From assembly GCA_044222185.1 (NCBI GenBank), contig JBGANV010000001.1:992001-1056000 (forward strand): a stretch of 64,000 nucleotides of DNA, in the 5' to 3' direction. Under the pieces are notes generated by a model. It saw only the letters and a list, made by a program, of their open reading frames with translations, did not search any database and was not told where the DNA came from. The DNA is from Planctomycetota bacterium. Lineage in GTDB: Bacteria; Planctomycetota; GCA-002687715; CAIWVZ01. Shown piece after piece: positions 47,948 to 56,948 of this stretch. The position numbers and the translations under genes were made by a program. Each line of letters begins with the position of its first letter. Positions within the stretch are counted from its first letter, which is position 1.

Positions 47948-49321
47948 ATGAGTCCAGTGGACGTCCTCAATCCGGCCGCCGCATTCCACACCGACCCGGC
48001 GCAGGTGCACGAGACCCTTCGGCGCAAGCTCCTGGTCGACGGCTTCGACTTCGTGTTCGATCCCGAGAGAAGTCACGGGGCGACCCTCGTCGACTCCCGT
48101 TCCGGTCGTTCGTTCGTCGACCTGTTCAGCTTCTTCGCGTCCATGCCTGTCGGGTTCAACCACCCGAAGATGCGCGACCCGGCGTTTCTCACCCGGTTGA
48201 CGTCGGCCGCGGTCCACAAGCCGACGAACTCGGACGTCTACACGCAGGCCATGGCGGACTTCGTCGTGGCCCTGTCACGCACGCTGCCCGTTCCGGCCGG
48301 CGCCAAGGAGAGTCCGTTCGTCCACCTGTTCTTCGTGGAGGGTGGAACGCTTGCCGTCGAGAACGCGCTCAAGGCCGCCTTCGACTGGAAGGTCCAGAAG
48401 AACCTGCGGCGAGGGCTGCCCGAGTCCGTCGGGACGAAGGTCCTCCACTTCCAGAACGCATTCCACGGACGCTCGGGGTACTCGCTCTCCCTCACGAACA
48501 CCTTCGACTCCCGCAAGACGCGCTACTTCCCCAAGTTCGAGTGGCCGCGCATCCCCACGCCAGCGCTCAGCTTCCCGGCGACTGCGGAGAGCGTCGCGCG
48601 GACGGCGGACGCCGAGCGGGTTGCCATCTCGTTGATGAAGGACGCGCTCGCTCGCCACAAGAACGACATCGCATGCGTCATCCTGGAGACGATCCAGGGT
48701 GAGGGTGGGGACAACCACTTCCGAACGGAGTTCCTCAAACAGCTGCGCCAGCTGTGCGACGAGGAGGAGATCGTCCTCATCTTCGACGAGGTCCAGTCCG
48801 GATTCGGCCTCACGGGGAAATGGTGGGCGCAGGAACACCACGGCGTCTACCCGGACATCTTCTCCTTCGGAAAGAAGACCCAGGTCTGCGGGATCGCGGC
48901 GACGACGCGCGTCGACGACGTCGACTCGGTCTTCAAGATCCCGAGCCGCATCAACTCGACGTGGGGTGGAAACCTCGTGGACATGGTCCGATGCACCCGC
49001 TACATCGAGATCATCGAGCAGGAGAACCTGCTGGCGAACGCCGCGTCGACGGGCAAGTACGTCCTCGGAACGCTCGAGGCGATCGCGGCCGAGTTCCCCG
49101 GCAAGATGTTCAACATCCGAGGCCGCGGGCTCATGTGCGCCTTCGATCTCGCCTCGCCCGAGTCGCGCGACCAGCTGCGCAAGCACCTCTACGACGAGGG
49201 CGTGGTGATCCTCGCGTGCGGAGCACGCAGCCTGAGATACCGCCCCGTCCTCGACTTCACGACGGCCGACGCCGACAAGGCGGCCGAGGCCATTCGCCGT
49301 GCGATGCGGAAGCTGACATGA
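47948..49321 (+). CDS. lat: L-lysine 6-transaminase (class III PLP aminotransferase)
   Basis: KPTNSDVY, VENALKAAFDWK, AFHGRSGYSLSLTNT, QGEGGDNH, DEVQSG, FGKKTQVCG, RINSTWGGNLVDM. Confidence 0.92.
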   Translation: MSPVDVLNPAAAFHTDPAQVHETLRRKLLVDGFDFVFDPERSHGATLVDSRSGRSFVDLFSFFASMPVGFNHPKMRDPAFLTRLTSAAVHKPTNSDVYTQAMADFVVALSRTLPVPAGAKESPFVHLFFVEGGTLAVENALKAAFDWKVQKNLRRGLPESVGTKVLHFQNAFHGRSGYSLSLTNTFDSRKTRYFPKFEWPRIPTPALSFPATAESVARTADAERVAISLMKDALARHKNDIACVILETIQGEGGDNHFRTEFLKQLRQLCDEEEIVLIFDEVQSGFGLTGKWWAQEHHGVYPDIFSFGKKTQVCGIAATTRVDDVDSVFKIPSRINSTWGGNLVDMVRCTRYIEIIEQENLLANAASTGKYVLGTLEAIAAEFPGKMFNIRGRGLMCAFDLASPESRDQLRKHLYDEGVVILACGARSLRYRPVLDFTTADADKAAEAIRRAMRKLT

Positions 49322-50577
49322 TGCGAGTCTCCCCTCTCGCCTTCGTGGCCTCGACGATCTTCCTCGCAGCCGTGGCCCATGGGCAGAACCCTGCCCCCAC
49401 ACCTCCGCCGACGGATTTGGAGGACCTGCGGGATTGGGCCCGCGGCAGGCTCGAGTCCCAGGAGGGGGCCTTCAAGGACATGCTGGCGAAGTCGCTTCCG
49501 ATCCTCGGGTCGTCGGCGGGCAACGATACGCCGGTCGTCCGTGAGACCATCGGCAAGCTCGCGGAGCGCGCCGCCGTGTTCCCGACCATCGTGCTCGACC
49601 GTCTCCTGTCGGAAAAGAACGAGACGGTGCGTGCCCGACTCGGCGACGTGCTCGCAGCGACCGGCGACCCGTCCATCACCCCGATGTTGCTGTCGCGTGC
49701 GGCGACGAGCGACGAAGCGGTCGCCGCGTCGCTCGTGAACGTCCTGGGCCGGCTGAGGTCGCACGAGGTCGCCCCCGCGCTCGAGGCGACGCTGGCGACG
49801 GAGAAGCGGCTGCTCGTCGTCGCCGAGCTCATCCGGGCGCTGGCGCGTTGCGAGTCGAAGGACGCACTGGCGACGGCACGGGCCAACCTCGCGCACGTCG
49901 ACACGAAGGTCCGCCAGGCGGCGATCGACGCCCTGGGACTGGTCGGCCAGGGTCGGGAGGACGTCGAGAGCCTGCGCAAGCTCGCCGCGGGCAGCGACCC
50001 CGCGCTCCGCGACGCGGCCCTGCGGTCCCTGGGCCGGTTCAAGGGCGACTTCGACGCCCTGAAGACGCTTCACGACGCCGTCAACACCTCGGATTCGGCC
50101 GCCGTCGGCGCCGCGCTGGACGGCCTCGAGACCGCTGGCACGAAGGACCTGAGCCCCAAGTTCATCCTCCAAGCCGTGAAATCCGGTCCCGCCGATCAGC
50201 GGGAACGCGCCGCCCGCCTCCTCATGCGCTTCAACAATCCGGACGGTGTCAAACACCTCTTTGCGAAGGAACGATCGGACGCCGAGAAGAACCCCGAGGA
50301 CCGGGACCTGCAGATGCTCGTCGCCGACCGTTACCGCGAATTCGGGTGGTACGAGGGGGCCGTTCCGTTCTACGACCGAGCGCTCGCGGCCCGCGGTGGT
50401 GTGGGGACGCAACAGGTCCTGGTCGCGCTTGCGCGCTCCTACGCGCGCCTGAAGCGCTTCGACGAGGCCCGCAAGAAGCTCAAGCAGGCCGGCTACACGA
50501 CGTTCCGCGGTTTCGCCGACGACGCGGACTTCGCCGAGATGCGCGAAGCGCAGGGGTTCAAGGACAACTTCCGCTGA
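49318..50577 (+). CDS. Exported HEAT-repeat protein with C-terminal TPR-like helices
   Basis: Signal peptide ending AHG-Q and repeated VRxxAxxALG-type motifs. ATGA overlap with lat. Confidence 0.75.
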   Translation: MMRVSPLAFVASTIFLAAVAHGQNPAPTPPPTDLEDLRDWARGRLESQEGAFKDMLAKSLPILGSSAGNDTPVVRETIGKLAERAAVFPTIVLDRLLSEKNETVRARLGDVLAATGDPSITPMLLSRAATSDEAVAASLVNVLGRLRSHEVAPALEATLATEKRLLVVAELIRALARCESKDALATARANLAHVDTKVRQAAIDALGLVGQGREDVESLRKLAAGSDPALRDAALRSLGRFKGDFDALKTLHDAVNTSDSAAVGAALDGLETAGTKDLSPKFILQAVKSGPADQRERAARLLMRFNNPDGVKHLFAKERSDAEKNPEDRDLQMLVADRYREFGWYEGAVPFYDRALAARGGVGTQQVLVALARSYARLKRFDEARKKLKQAGYTTFRGFADDADFAEMREAQGFKDNFR

Positions 50578-52014
50578 TCAGCCGTCCAGCCGGTTGACAT
50601 CCGACTCCGCGGTCGCGTAGGGATCCACAGGCTCGTCTTCGCGACGTTCGGCCTGCATCTGGAGCGACTGAAGCACCCGAAGGAAGGCCGGGTGCGCCTC
50701 GTCGTACTTCTCCGCGGGCGCGCTGCAGAGCAGCACGAAGCAGCGATCCCGTCGCGGAACGAGGAATCCGAGCGTCTTCAGGGTCGTCCCACGGCGCTTG
50801 CCGTCGACGATGAAGCGAAGCCCCTCGGTCGCTCCGAACCGCCCGGGGGTGGGGCCGACGAGCGAGAACCCGTCGGTGCCGCGCTGGAGGCGTCCGATCA
50901 CGCGCATCGCCGCGTCTTCCTCGGTCGTGCCGCGACGGAACGTGCGGAGGTCGAAGACGTCGACCGTGGCCCGCCATCCCGCCTTGACCAGAGATGCGAT
51001 CGTGTGCTTGGCGGGGTCGCCCGCCTGGACCTCCCAGCTTGGATCGGGCCGCTGGAGCCGGAGCCCCGAGTCGTCGCAGCTCACCGACAGCCCCAGGTCG
51101 TCCGCACCCGCCTTCGCGTCGCCGGCTGCGAACGCGCGGACGTTCTCTGCCGTCGTGCGCAAGGCCACGAGGTTCCGGGTGCCGAGTTCCTCGCGCATCA
51201 ACCGCCCCATGAGATCGAACCAGACCTCCGTCGTCTGCTCCGACGACTTGCGCCGCAGCACGATGACGTCGCGGACCTCGTTCTGGAGGGATACGCGCTC
51301 CATGTTGCGGGTCACAACGACGTCGTCGAATCGGATCTCCTTCGGATCGAAGACCCGGAACGTGGGGAACCCGCCGTTGGGCGTCGCCTCGAGTGCGAGC
51401 CGGCCCCACAAGAAACCCGGAAGCTCCACGCCCTTCCGAAAGAGGGCCTGCGTCTCGCTGACGGTCGCACCCGCGCGCTCGGTGATTCGAAGGAAATCGC
51501 CTTCGCGGACGCCCTCGGCAAGCCTCGACGTCACGCCCGCGAGAAGCCGCTGCTCGAACGAGCGTGGCGTCAGCTCGCTGTCGACGAACTCGGTGAGGAC
51601 CAGGTCGAGATCGGGCGGGCCGCCGTTCGTCGCCGTGAAGACCATCCGATCGATTCGCAGATAACCCGCCACGTCCTTGCGGACGTCACGGCGCAGGGAA
51701 ACGGTGCGATAGCCGACGCGTTTGCCGGACTGGTAGAGGAAGAACGCATCCTCCGAGTCCCGAAACCGCGTCAACCCCGCAAGCACGGACGACTGCTCGG
51801 GTCGCGACTCGGACGCCTCGGCCCGCTTGATCTCGGCGATCAGCTCGCGCCGCAGCTCCATGACTCCGCCAGCGAGCTGGATCGTCACGGACTTGGGCGT
51901 CTCCGCCACGATTCGCCCCTCGAACGTCGTGCCGCTCTTGAGGCGGAGTTGATCCGTCTGGGCCATTCCGATGAGCGGAAGAAACGCGACGCACGCGACC
52001 GTCCAAGCCTTCAC
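50578..52014 (-). CDS. Exported hypothetical protein
   Basis: GTG start with a signal peptide, then a small N-terminal beta domain (DQLRLKSGTTFEGRIVAE). The upstream extension of the 876-aa ORF is antisense to the PPIase gene. Confidence 0.65.
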   Translation of the reverse strand: MKAWTVACVAFLPLIGMAQTDQLRLKSGTTFEGRIVAETPKSVTIQLAGGVMELRRELIAEIKRAEASESRPEQSSVLAGLTRFRDSEDAFFLYQSGKRVGYRTVSLRRDVRKDVAGYLRIDRMVFTATNGGPPDLDLVLTEFVDSELTPRSFEQRLLAGVTSRLAEGVREGDFLRITERAGATVSETQALFRKGVELPGFLWGRLALEATPNGGFPTFRVFDPKEIRFDDVVVTRNMERVSLQNEVRDVIVLRRKSSEQTTEVWFDLMGRLMREELGTRNLVALRTTAENVRAFAAGDAKAGADDLGLSVSCDDSGLRLQRPDPSWEVQAGDPAKHTIASLVKAGWRATVDVFDLRTFRRGTTEEDAAMRVIGRLQRGTDGFSLVGPTPGRFGATEGLRFIVDGKRRGTTLKTLGFLVPRRDRCFVLLCSAPAEKYDEAHPAFLRVLQSLQMQAERREDEPVDPYATAESDVNRLDG

Positions 52015-52312
52015 GGGATCGATCCCCTTTTCCGAGGCCCCTGCCGTTCGCCCCTGCGGCCCGCACACGAGCGACGGACCAGGGGCCGACCGAGCCGGGC
52101 TCCACTTCGAGACCATCGGGGCGGAACCCGACCCGACTTGAAAGAAAATCAGCCCCGAAGCTTCGCGCGTGGACACTTCTGACGGTCGCCGCCGCCGCCT
52201 ACAGTTGCGCTCGTTCGAACGGCGAAGGCCTCGATCCGATCGACCGCCGACGCCGCGGGAAACACAAGGCCCTGGCCCTGACCCGGGTGCCAAGTCTCGA
52301 AGAGGTCGACAC

Positions 52313-53710
52313 TTGATCACATCCGCCCTCGTCCCGTTGATGATCCTCACCTGTCTCCCCCAGGACCCCGCCGGCACGCAGCAGGGCGAGGTCCAGTGGA
52401 AATACGGGGTGACGCCGCCCAACGGCGCCGTCGCGGTCGTCGACGATGCCGTCGTGACCATGGAGCTGTTCCTGGACGAGATGTCGTCGCATTTCGCCCG
52501 CCCGGACCAACCCCTCGGCCGCGAGACGCTCAACAACCTCGTCGACGAGATCCTCGTGGCGACCGAGGCCTCGCGGCGCGGCTTCCAGGTCTCGGATTCG
52601 GACGTCGAGAAGGAGACGAGCGAGCTCGAGGAACAGTTGAAGAAGAGCGGGACCTCGCTCGCCGCCGAGCTCGACAAGAAGCAGGTTCCGCGCGCGGCGT
52701 TCCAGGCCAAATTGCGCAAGACGCTCCTGCTCAAGCAGCTCGCGCGTGAAGACCAGCGCATCCCCGCGCCCGCGGCGGTCAGCGCCACGCACATGTCTGT
52801 GTGGCTGAAGAATCGGCGTGCCGCGGCCAAGATCGAGATGGATCGGGCGAAGCTGCCAAAGGGCACCGTGGCGAACATCGACGGAACTCCGCTCGACGAG
52901 CGAACATTCGTCGCGGCCGTGCTCCCGGACGCGAATCGCAAGGACGTCCGCGACAAGGTCGAGATGCTCATGCAGTACGTGCTCATGATGCGAGCGCTCG
53001 AGCAGAACCAGCTCTCTCTGACGGAGGCGGACGTCGAGCTCGAGTACGTCGACAAGCGCCGCGTGTTCGAATCCAACCCGCAGATGAAGGGGATCGAGTA
53101 CGCCGCGTTCGTCAAGGAACGCACGGGCCTGGATACGGACGCGTTGAAGCAGAGCCGCGCGTTTCGCCTCCACGCTGCGGTGTCGAAGATCGGGCGCAAA
53201 CAGTTCACGCCGGCGGACGTTCAGGCCTACTACGACAAGAACATCGAGTACTTCGGACCGCGCTACTCCGTTCGGCACTTGCTGATCCGCGGCGCCGACA
53301 ACGAGTCGAAGGACCTGGATGGCCGTGTCTTGATCCCGACGAAGGCCAAGGCGCGTGAGCAGATCGCCTCGATCCAGAAGGAACTCGCCAAGGGAAAGCG
53401 CTTCGAAGACCTCGTCCAGATCTACAGCGAACACACGCCGACGAAGTTCAAGGGTGGCGTGCTCGACCCGTTCACGCCGAAGACCGCGCCCTACGATTCG
53501 TTCGGCGAGGCCGTGAAGCCGCTGAAGGTCAACGACATCAGCCAACCGGTAGAGACGCCGCTCGGCTTCCACCTGCTGAAAGTCGAGGGGATCCAGCCCG
53601 CACCTCCCGTGCAGGCCGTCGAGTCGACGATCCGTCAGGAGCTCGGAACGAACTACCTCCGTGAGCTCTACCAGAAGGCCCGCAAGGGCGCCGACATCCG
53701 CGTCGAGTGA
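52313..53710 (+). CDS. Parvulin-type peptidyl-prolyl isomerase (SurA/PrsA-like foldase)
   Basis: Duplicated SurA-N-like segments, then VRHLLI, FEDLVQIYSE, KGGVL, ISQPVETPLGFHLLKV. Confidence 0.85.
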   Translation: MITSALVPLMILTCLPQDPAGTQQGEVQWKYGVTPPNGAVAVVDDAVVTMELFLDEMSSHFARPDQPLGRETLNNLVDEILVATEASRRGFQVSDSDVEKETSELEEQLKKSGTSLAAELDKKQVPRAAFQAKLRKTLLLKQLAREDQRIPAPAAVSATHMSVWLKNRRAAAKIEMDRAKLPKGTVANIDGTPLDERTFVAAVLPDANRKDVRDKVEMLMQYVLMMRALEQNQLSLTEADVELEYVDKRRVFESNPQMKGIEYAAFVKERTGLDTDALKQSRAFRLHAAVSKIGRKQFTPADVQAYYDKNIEYFGPRYSVRHLLIRGADNESKDLDGRVLIPTKAKAREQIASIQKELAKGKRFEDLVQIYSEHTPTKFKGGVLDPFTPKTAPYDSFGEAVKPLKVNDISQPVETPLGFHLLKVEGIQPAPPVQAVESTIRQELGTNYLRELYQKARKGADIRVE

Positions 53711-53728
53711 GCGGCGCGCCGGCGCCGG

Positions 53729-55612
53729 CTACTTCCTCGATGCCGGGTCGGGAACGCCGACGGTGTCGAGCGTTTCCCCCGGCGCGACGAGGTCGGTGTA
53801 GGGGTCGGATTTCCATTGCTTGAAGCGCTCGACCTGCTTCGGCGTGGGCTTGCCACTCTTGGTCAGCGACATCTCCTCGGACGTGGGCCACGCGATCCGC
53901 ACGACGACCTTCGCCGATTTGCGCAACACCGTGACCGTGGTCGCATCCTCCCCGGGCTTCGGCAGCAGCGCCAGCAGTGGCGACGGGGCGTCAGGCCGCG
54001 ATTCGGCGCGCAGCGGTTTCGCGCCATCGATCTCGACGATGCGATCGTCCACTTCGAGTCCCGCGCGCTTCAGCCTGCTGTAGACCTCCGTCAGGCGGAT
54101 GGCATCGCCATCCCACTCCGCCTTCGAGCGCTCGATCCAGCGGCGGCTCTTTGCGGGGTCGGCTCCGCCGCCCGCGTAATCGATGCCGACGGTCTCGAAC
54201 ACCTGCGCGTAGGGCAGCTCGGCCGTGCCGCTCACGCAGTCCTTGAAGAACGCCGACAGATCGACCCCCGTCGCCTCCTGGAAGTCTTTCGGCAGCGCGT
54301 CCTCCTCGAACCCGGGCTTGGGCAGGCCGTACTTCGCCAGAAGAAAGCGCATGACGTCGTCGAGGGTCTTCTTCCCGTCCGTCTTGTCGCGGATGAGGAG
54401 GTCGAGGCACAGTCCGATCAGCTTGCCCTTGTTGTAGTAGTCGACGACTCGCATGGAGCCGAAGTCGCCGTAGCCTCGGTCGAAGGCCGAATGGGACGCG
54501 TCTTCCACGGATTCGGTGCGTCGCGCCGGCGTCGATTGAAGCTTCTGGATCTCGCCCGCGATCGTCTCCAGGAACTTGGTGTCGTTCCAGATTCCCGTCC
54601 GCCAGCATCCGAAGTCGGCGTAGTAGTCCGTGACACCTTCCGAAAGCCAGAGCGCCTTCGTTCGGACGGGCTGCGTGTAATCGAACGGCCCGAGGACCTT
54701 CGGGCGGATGCGCTTCACGTTCCACAGGTGGAAGTACTCGTGGGCGAAGAGCGAATCGAAGATCCCAGGCGACAGGCGAAGCATCGCGAGCGGAACTCCG
54801 ATGGTCGTCGAACTGAGGTGCTCGAGGCCGTATCCCGGGCCCTCGTGGATTTGAAACTGGTACTCGGCGTAGGGCGCCTTCCCGCCGAACATGCCGACGT
54901 AGTGCCGGATCAGGCGGCGGAGCAGTTCCTCGAGCGACCGCAGCTTCAGCGACTTGTCGCGCCTGTCGAAGACGATCGAGTAGGTGGCGTCTCCGACCGT
55001 GAACCGGTGAACGGTGAGCAGACCGATCTCGATGGGAGCGTCCGCGAACGTGTCGTAGTCAGGAGCGGAGAAACGCGACGGTGTCCCCGACCGAGGCAGC
55101 GACATCTGCACGAGCCACCCCTCGGGCACGGTGAAGGTCACGTCGTGCGGGACCCGGAGTGCATCCGTGACGTACAGGAAGGTGGCCGGCGGCTGCAACC
55201 ACGAGTAGTCCCGGGTGCGCTCCGCCGACGCGCCGTTGTCCATGAAGCTGTCGACCATCTCGAGCCGGTCGTAGCGGACGTTGATCGGCCAGGGCTTCCC
55301 TTCGGTGACGACCTTCCAATGCAGGTTGTCCTCGCGGCTGACCTTCAACGCAGTTCCGTCTGCGGCGGTGGCCGAAACGTCCACGATCCGCTTGTGGTAG
55401 GGCCGCAACTCATAGGACCCAGGTGACCACGCTGGTATCGCCAGAGTGACGATCGATTGCGGCTTTCCGGCCAGCGTCATGGAGATGAAGCAACGGTCCC
55501 GGACGTCGGCCTTGTACTCGACCGTGTAGGAGACGTGTCCGACCTGCGCCAGGCCCCCGCGGGCGATCAGGAGAAGCAGGCAGTACGCGAGCACGGTGTG
55601 TCGACGGAGCAT
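53729..55612 (-). CDS. M61 glycyl aminopeptidase with PDZ domain
   Basis: PAWSPGSY, DAPIE, GLEH, AHEYFHLWNVKRIRP, LWLSEGVTDYY, YYNKG, and PDZ-like AGLEVDDRIVEIDG. Confidence 0.9.
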   Translation of the reverse strand: MLRRHTVLAYCLLLLIARGGLAQVGHVSYTVEYKADVRDRCFISMTLAGKPQSIVTLAIPAWSPGSYELRPYHKRIVDVSATAADGTALKVSREDNLHWKVVTEGKPWPINVRYDRLEMVDSFMDNGASAERTRDYSWLQPPATFLYVTDALRVPHDVTFTVPEGWLVQMSLPRSGTPSRFSAPDYDTFADAPIEIGLLTVHRFTVGDATYSIVFDRRDKSLKLRSLEELLRRLIRHYVGMFGGKAPYAEYQFQIHEGPGYGLEHLSSTTIGVPLAMLRLSPGIFDSLFAHEYFHLWNVKRIRPKVLGPFDYTQPVRTKALWLSEGVTDYYADFGCWRTGIWNDTKFLETIAGEIQKLQSTPARRTESVEDASHSAFDRGYGDFGSMRVVDYYNKGKLIGLCLDLLIRDKTDGKKTLDDVMRFLLAKYGLPKPGFEEDALPKDFQEATGVDLSAFFKDCVSGTAELPYAQVFETVGIDYAGGGADPAKSRRWIERSKAEWDGDAIRLTEVYSRLKRAGLEVDDRIVEIDGAKPLRAESRPDAPSPLLALLPKPGEDATTVTVLRKSAKVVVRIAWPTSEEMSLTKSGKPTPKQVERFKQWKSDPYTDLVAPGETLDTVGVPDPASRK

Positions 55613-55662
55613 CTCTGGTCTCCTCCCGGAGCGAGTGATGGATGCGGACCGAGTGGCGAGCC

Positions 55663-56886
55663 TCAGAGGCCCGGGATCGGGAAGCGCTGCGCCACCTCGC
55701 GAACGGCCGGCCGGATCTTCTCCGGGTCGACGTTTTCGAGGAGGAGTTGGCGGATCCATACGGCCGCCTGCTTCATCTGCTCCGGCCCCATGCCGCGGGA
55801 TGTGGCGCATGGAGACCCCAGGCGGATGCCCGACGCGACGGTCGGCGGCTTCGGATCCTTCGGCACCAACTGCTTGTTCGCAAGGATTCCGGCACGCTCG
55901 AGGCGGTCCTCGGCCTCCTTGCCCGTCAGCGGCGTCTTGCGGAGGTCCACGACGAGGAGATGGGTCTTCGTTCCGCCCGAGACCAGGTCGAAGCCCGCGT
56001 CGAGGAGGCCCTTCGCCAGCGCCTGCATGTTGTCGACGACGCGTTGCATCGACGCCTTGAACGCCGGCTGCGCGGCTTCACCGAGCGCTACGGCCTTGGC
56101 GAGGAGCTGCGCCCCCGTGGCGTGCGCCATCACACCGGGAAACACCGCGCGGTCCAGGTCACGGCCCACGGGCTCGCGGCAGAACGCGATCGCGCCCTTC
56201 TGCCCGCGGAGCGTCTTCTGGATGGTCGTCATCACAGTGTCCGCGTGTGGGAACGGGCTGGGGTGATGACCGGAAACGACGAGACCTGCGAAGTGCGAGA
56301 TGTCCGCGTGAAGCAGTGCACCCACGGCCTTGGCGATCTCGGCGAACTTCACGAAGTCGAACTGGAACGGGCAGGACGAGCCGCCCGCGATGATCATCCG
56401 CGGACGTTCGCGCTGCGCGAGATCGCGGATCTCGTCGTAGTCGATCACGCCGTTGGCCGTCACCGAGTACGAGACGATCTTGTAGTCCTGGCCCGAGTAA
56501 TTCCACTTGAGGCCGTGCGAGAGGTGGCCGCCCTCGGCGAGACCGAGAGAGAGGATGGTCTCACCCTTCTTCAGGAACGCGCGGTAGACCGCCTCGTTCC
56601 CGCGTGTGCCGTCCGTCGGCTTCACGTTGACGTATTCGCTGCCGGGGAAGCACTTCAGCGCGCGCAGTTTCGCCAGTTCCTCGACGGCCTTCACGGTCCC
56701 GCAGCCGGGGTAGTAGAAGTTTCGCCCGTCGTTCTCCGAGTAGAAGAGCGGGTAGTTGCGTTCAGCCTCGAGAACGGCCGTTGACGGATGGTTGTCGCTC
56801 GGGACGAAGTCGATGGAATCCGATCGGAACTGGCGCTCGCGCGCGAGCAGGGCAAACGCCTCGGGATCGTTCTTCTCAAGCTGCAT
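55663..56886 (-). CDS. Serine hydroxymethyltransferase-family protein with a divergent active site
   Basis: GGHLSHG, DISHFAGL, PLP-Lys in TTIQKTLRG, VSGGTKTH, SGIRLGS. Several canonical GlyA motifs are altered. Confidence 0.85.
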   Translation of the reverse strand: MQLEKNDPEAFALLARERQFRSDSIDFVPSDNHPSTAVLEAERNYPLFYSENDGRNFYYPGCGTVKAVEELAKLRALKCFPGSEYVNVKPTDGTRGNEAVYRAFLKKGETILSLGLAEGGHLSHGLKWNYSGQDYKIVSYSVTANGVIDYDEIRDLAQRERPRMIIAGGSSCPFQFDFVKFAEIAKAVGALLHADISHFAGLVVSGHHPSPFPHADTVMTTIQKTLRGQKGAIAFCREPVGRDLDRAVFPGVMAHATGAQLLAKAVALGEAAQPAFKASMQRVVDNMQALAKGLLDAGFDLVSGGTKTHLLVVDLRKTPLTGKEAEDRLERAGILANKQLVPKDPKPPTVASGIRLGSPCATSRGMGPEQMKQAAVWIRQLLLENVDPEKIRPAVREVAQRFPIPGL

Positions 56887-56948
56887 GGTGTTCCTCGGTT
56901 GACTGGGTCAGGCGAGTTCGGCCCACGGGCCCGGTCACCTGGGACGCG

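Noticed and set aside
52115-52141. Sigma28-like promoter (TCAAG...CCGAT) on the minus strand
   Set aside because: The spacing is about 2 nt longer than the FliA consensus and the -10 match is weak.
56887-56948. ZTP (pfl) riboswitch upstream of the SHMT-like gene
   Set aside because: A hairpin (CAGGTGA...TCGCCTG) is present, but the gap is only 62 nt and the conserved GGGAGC/pseudoknot elements are missing.
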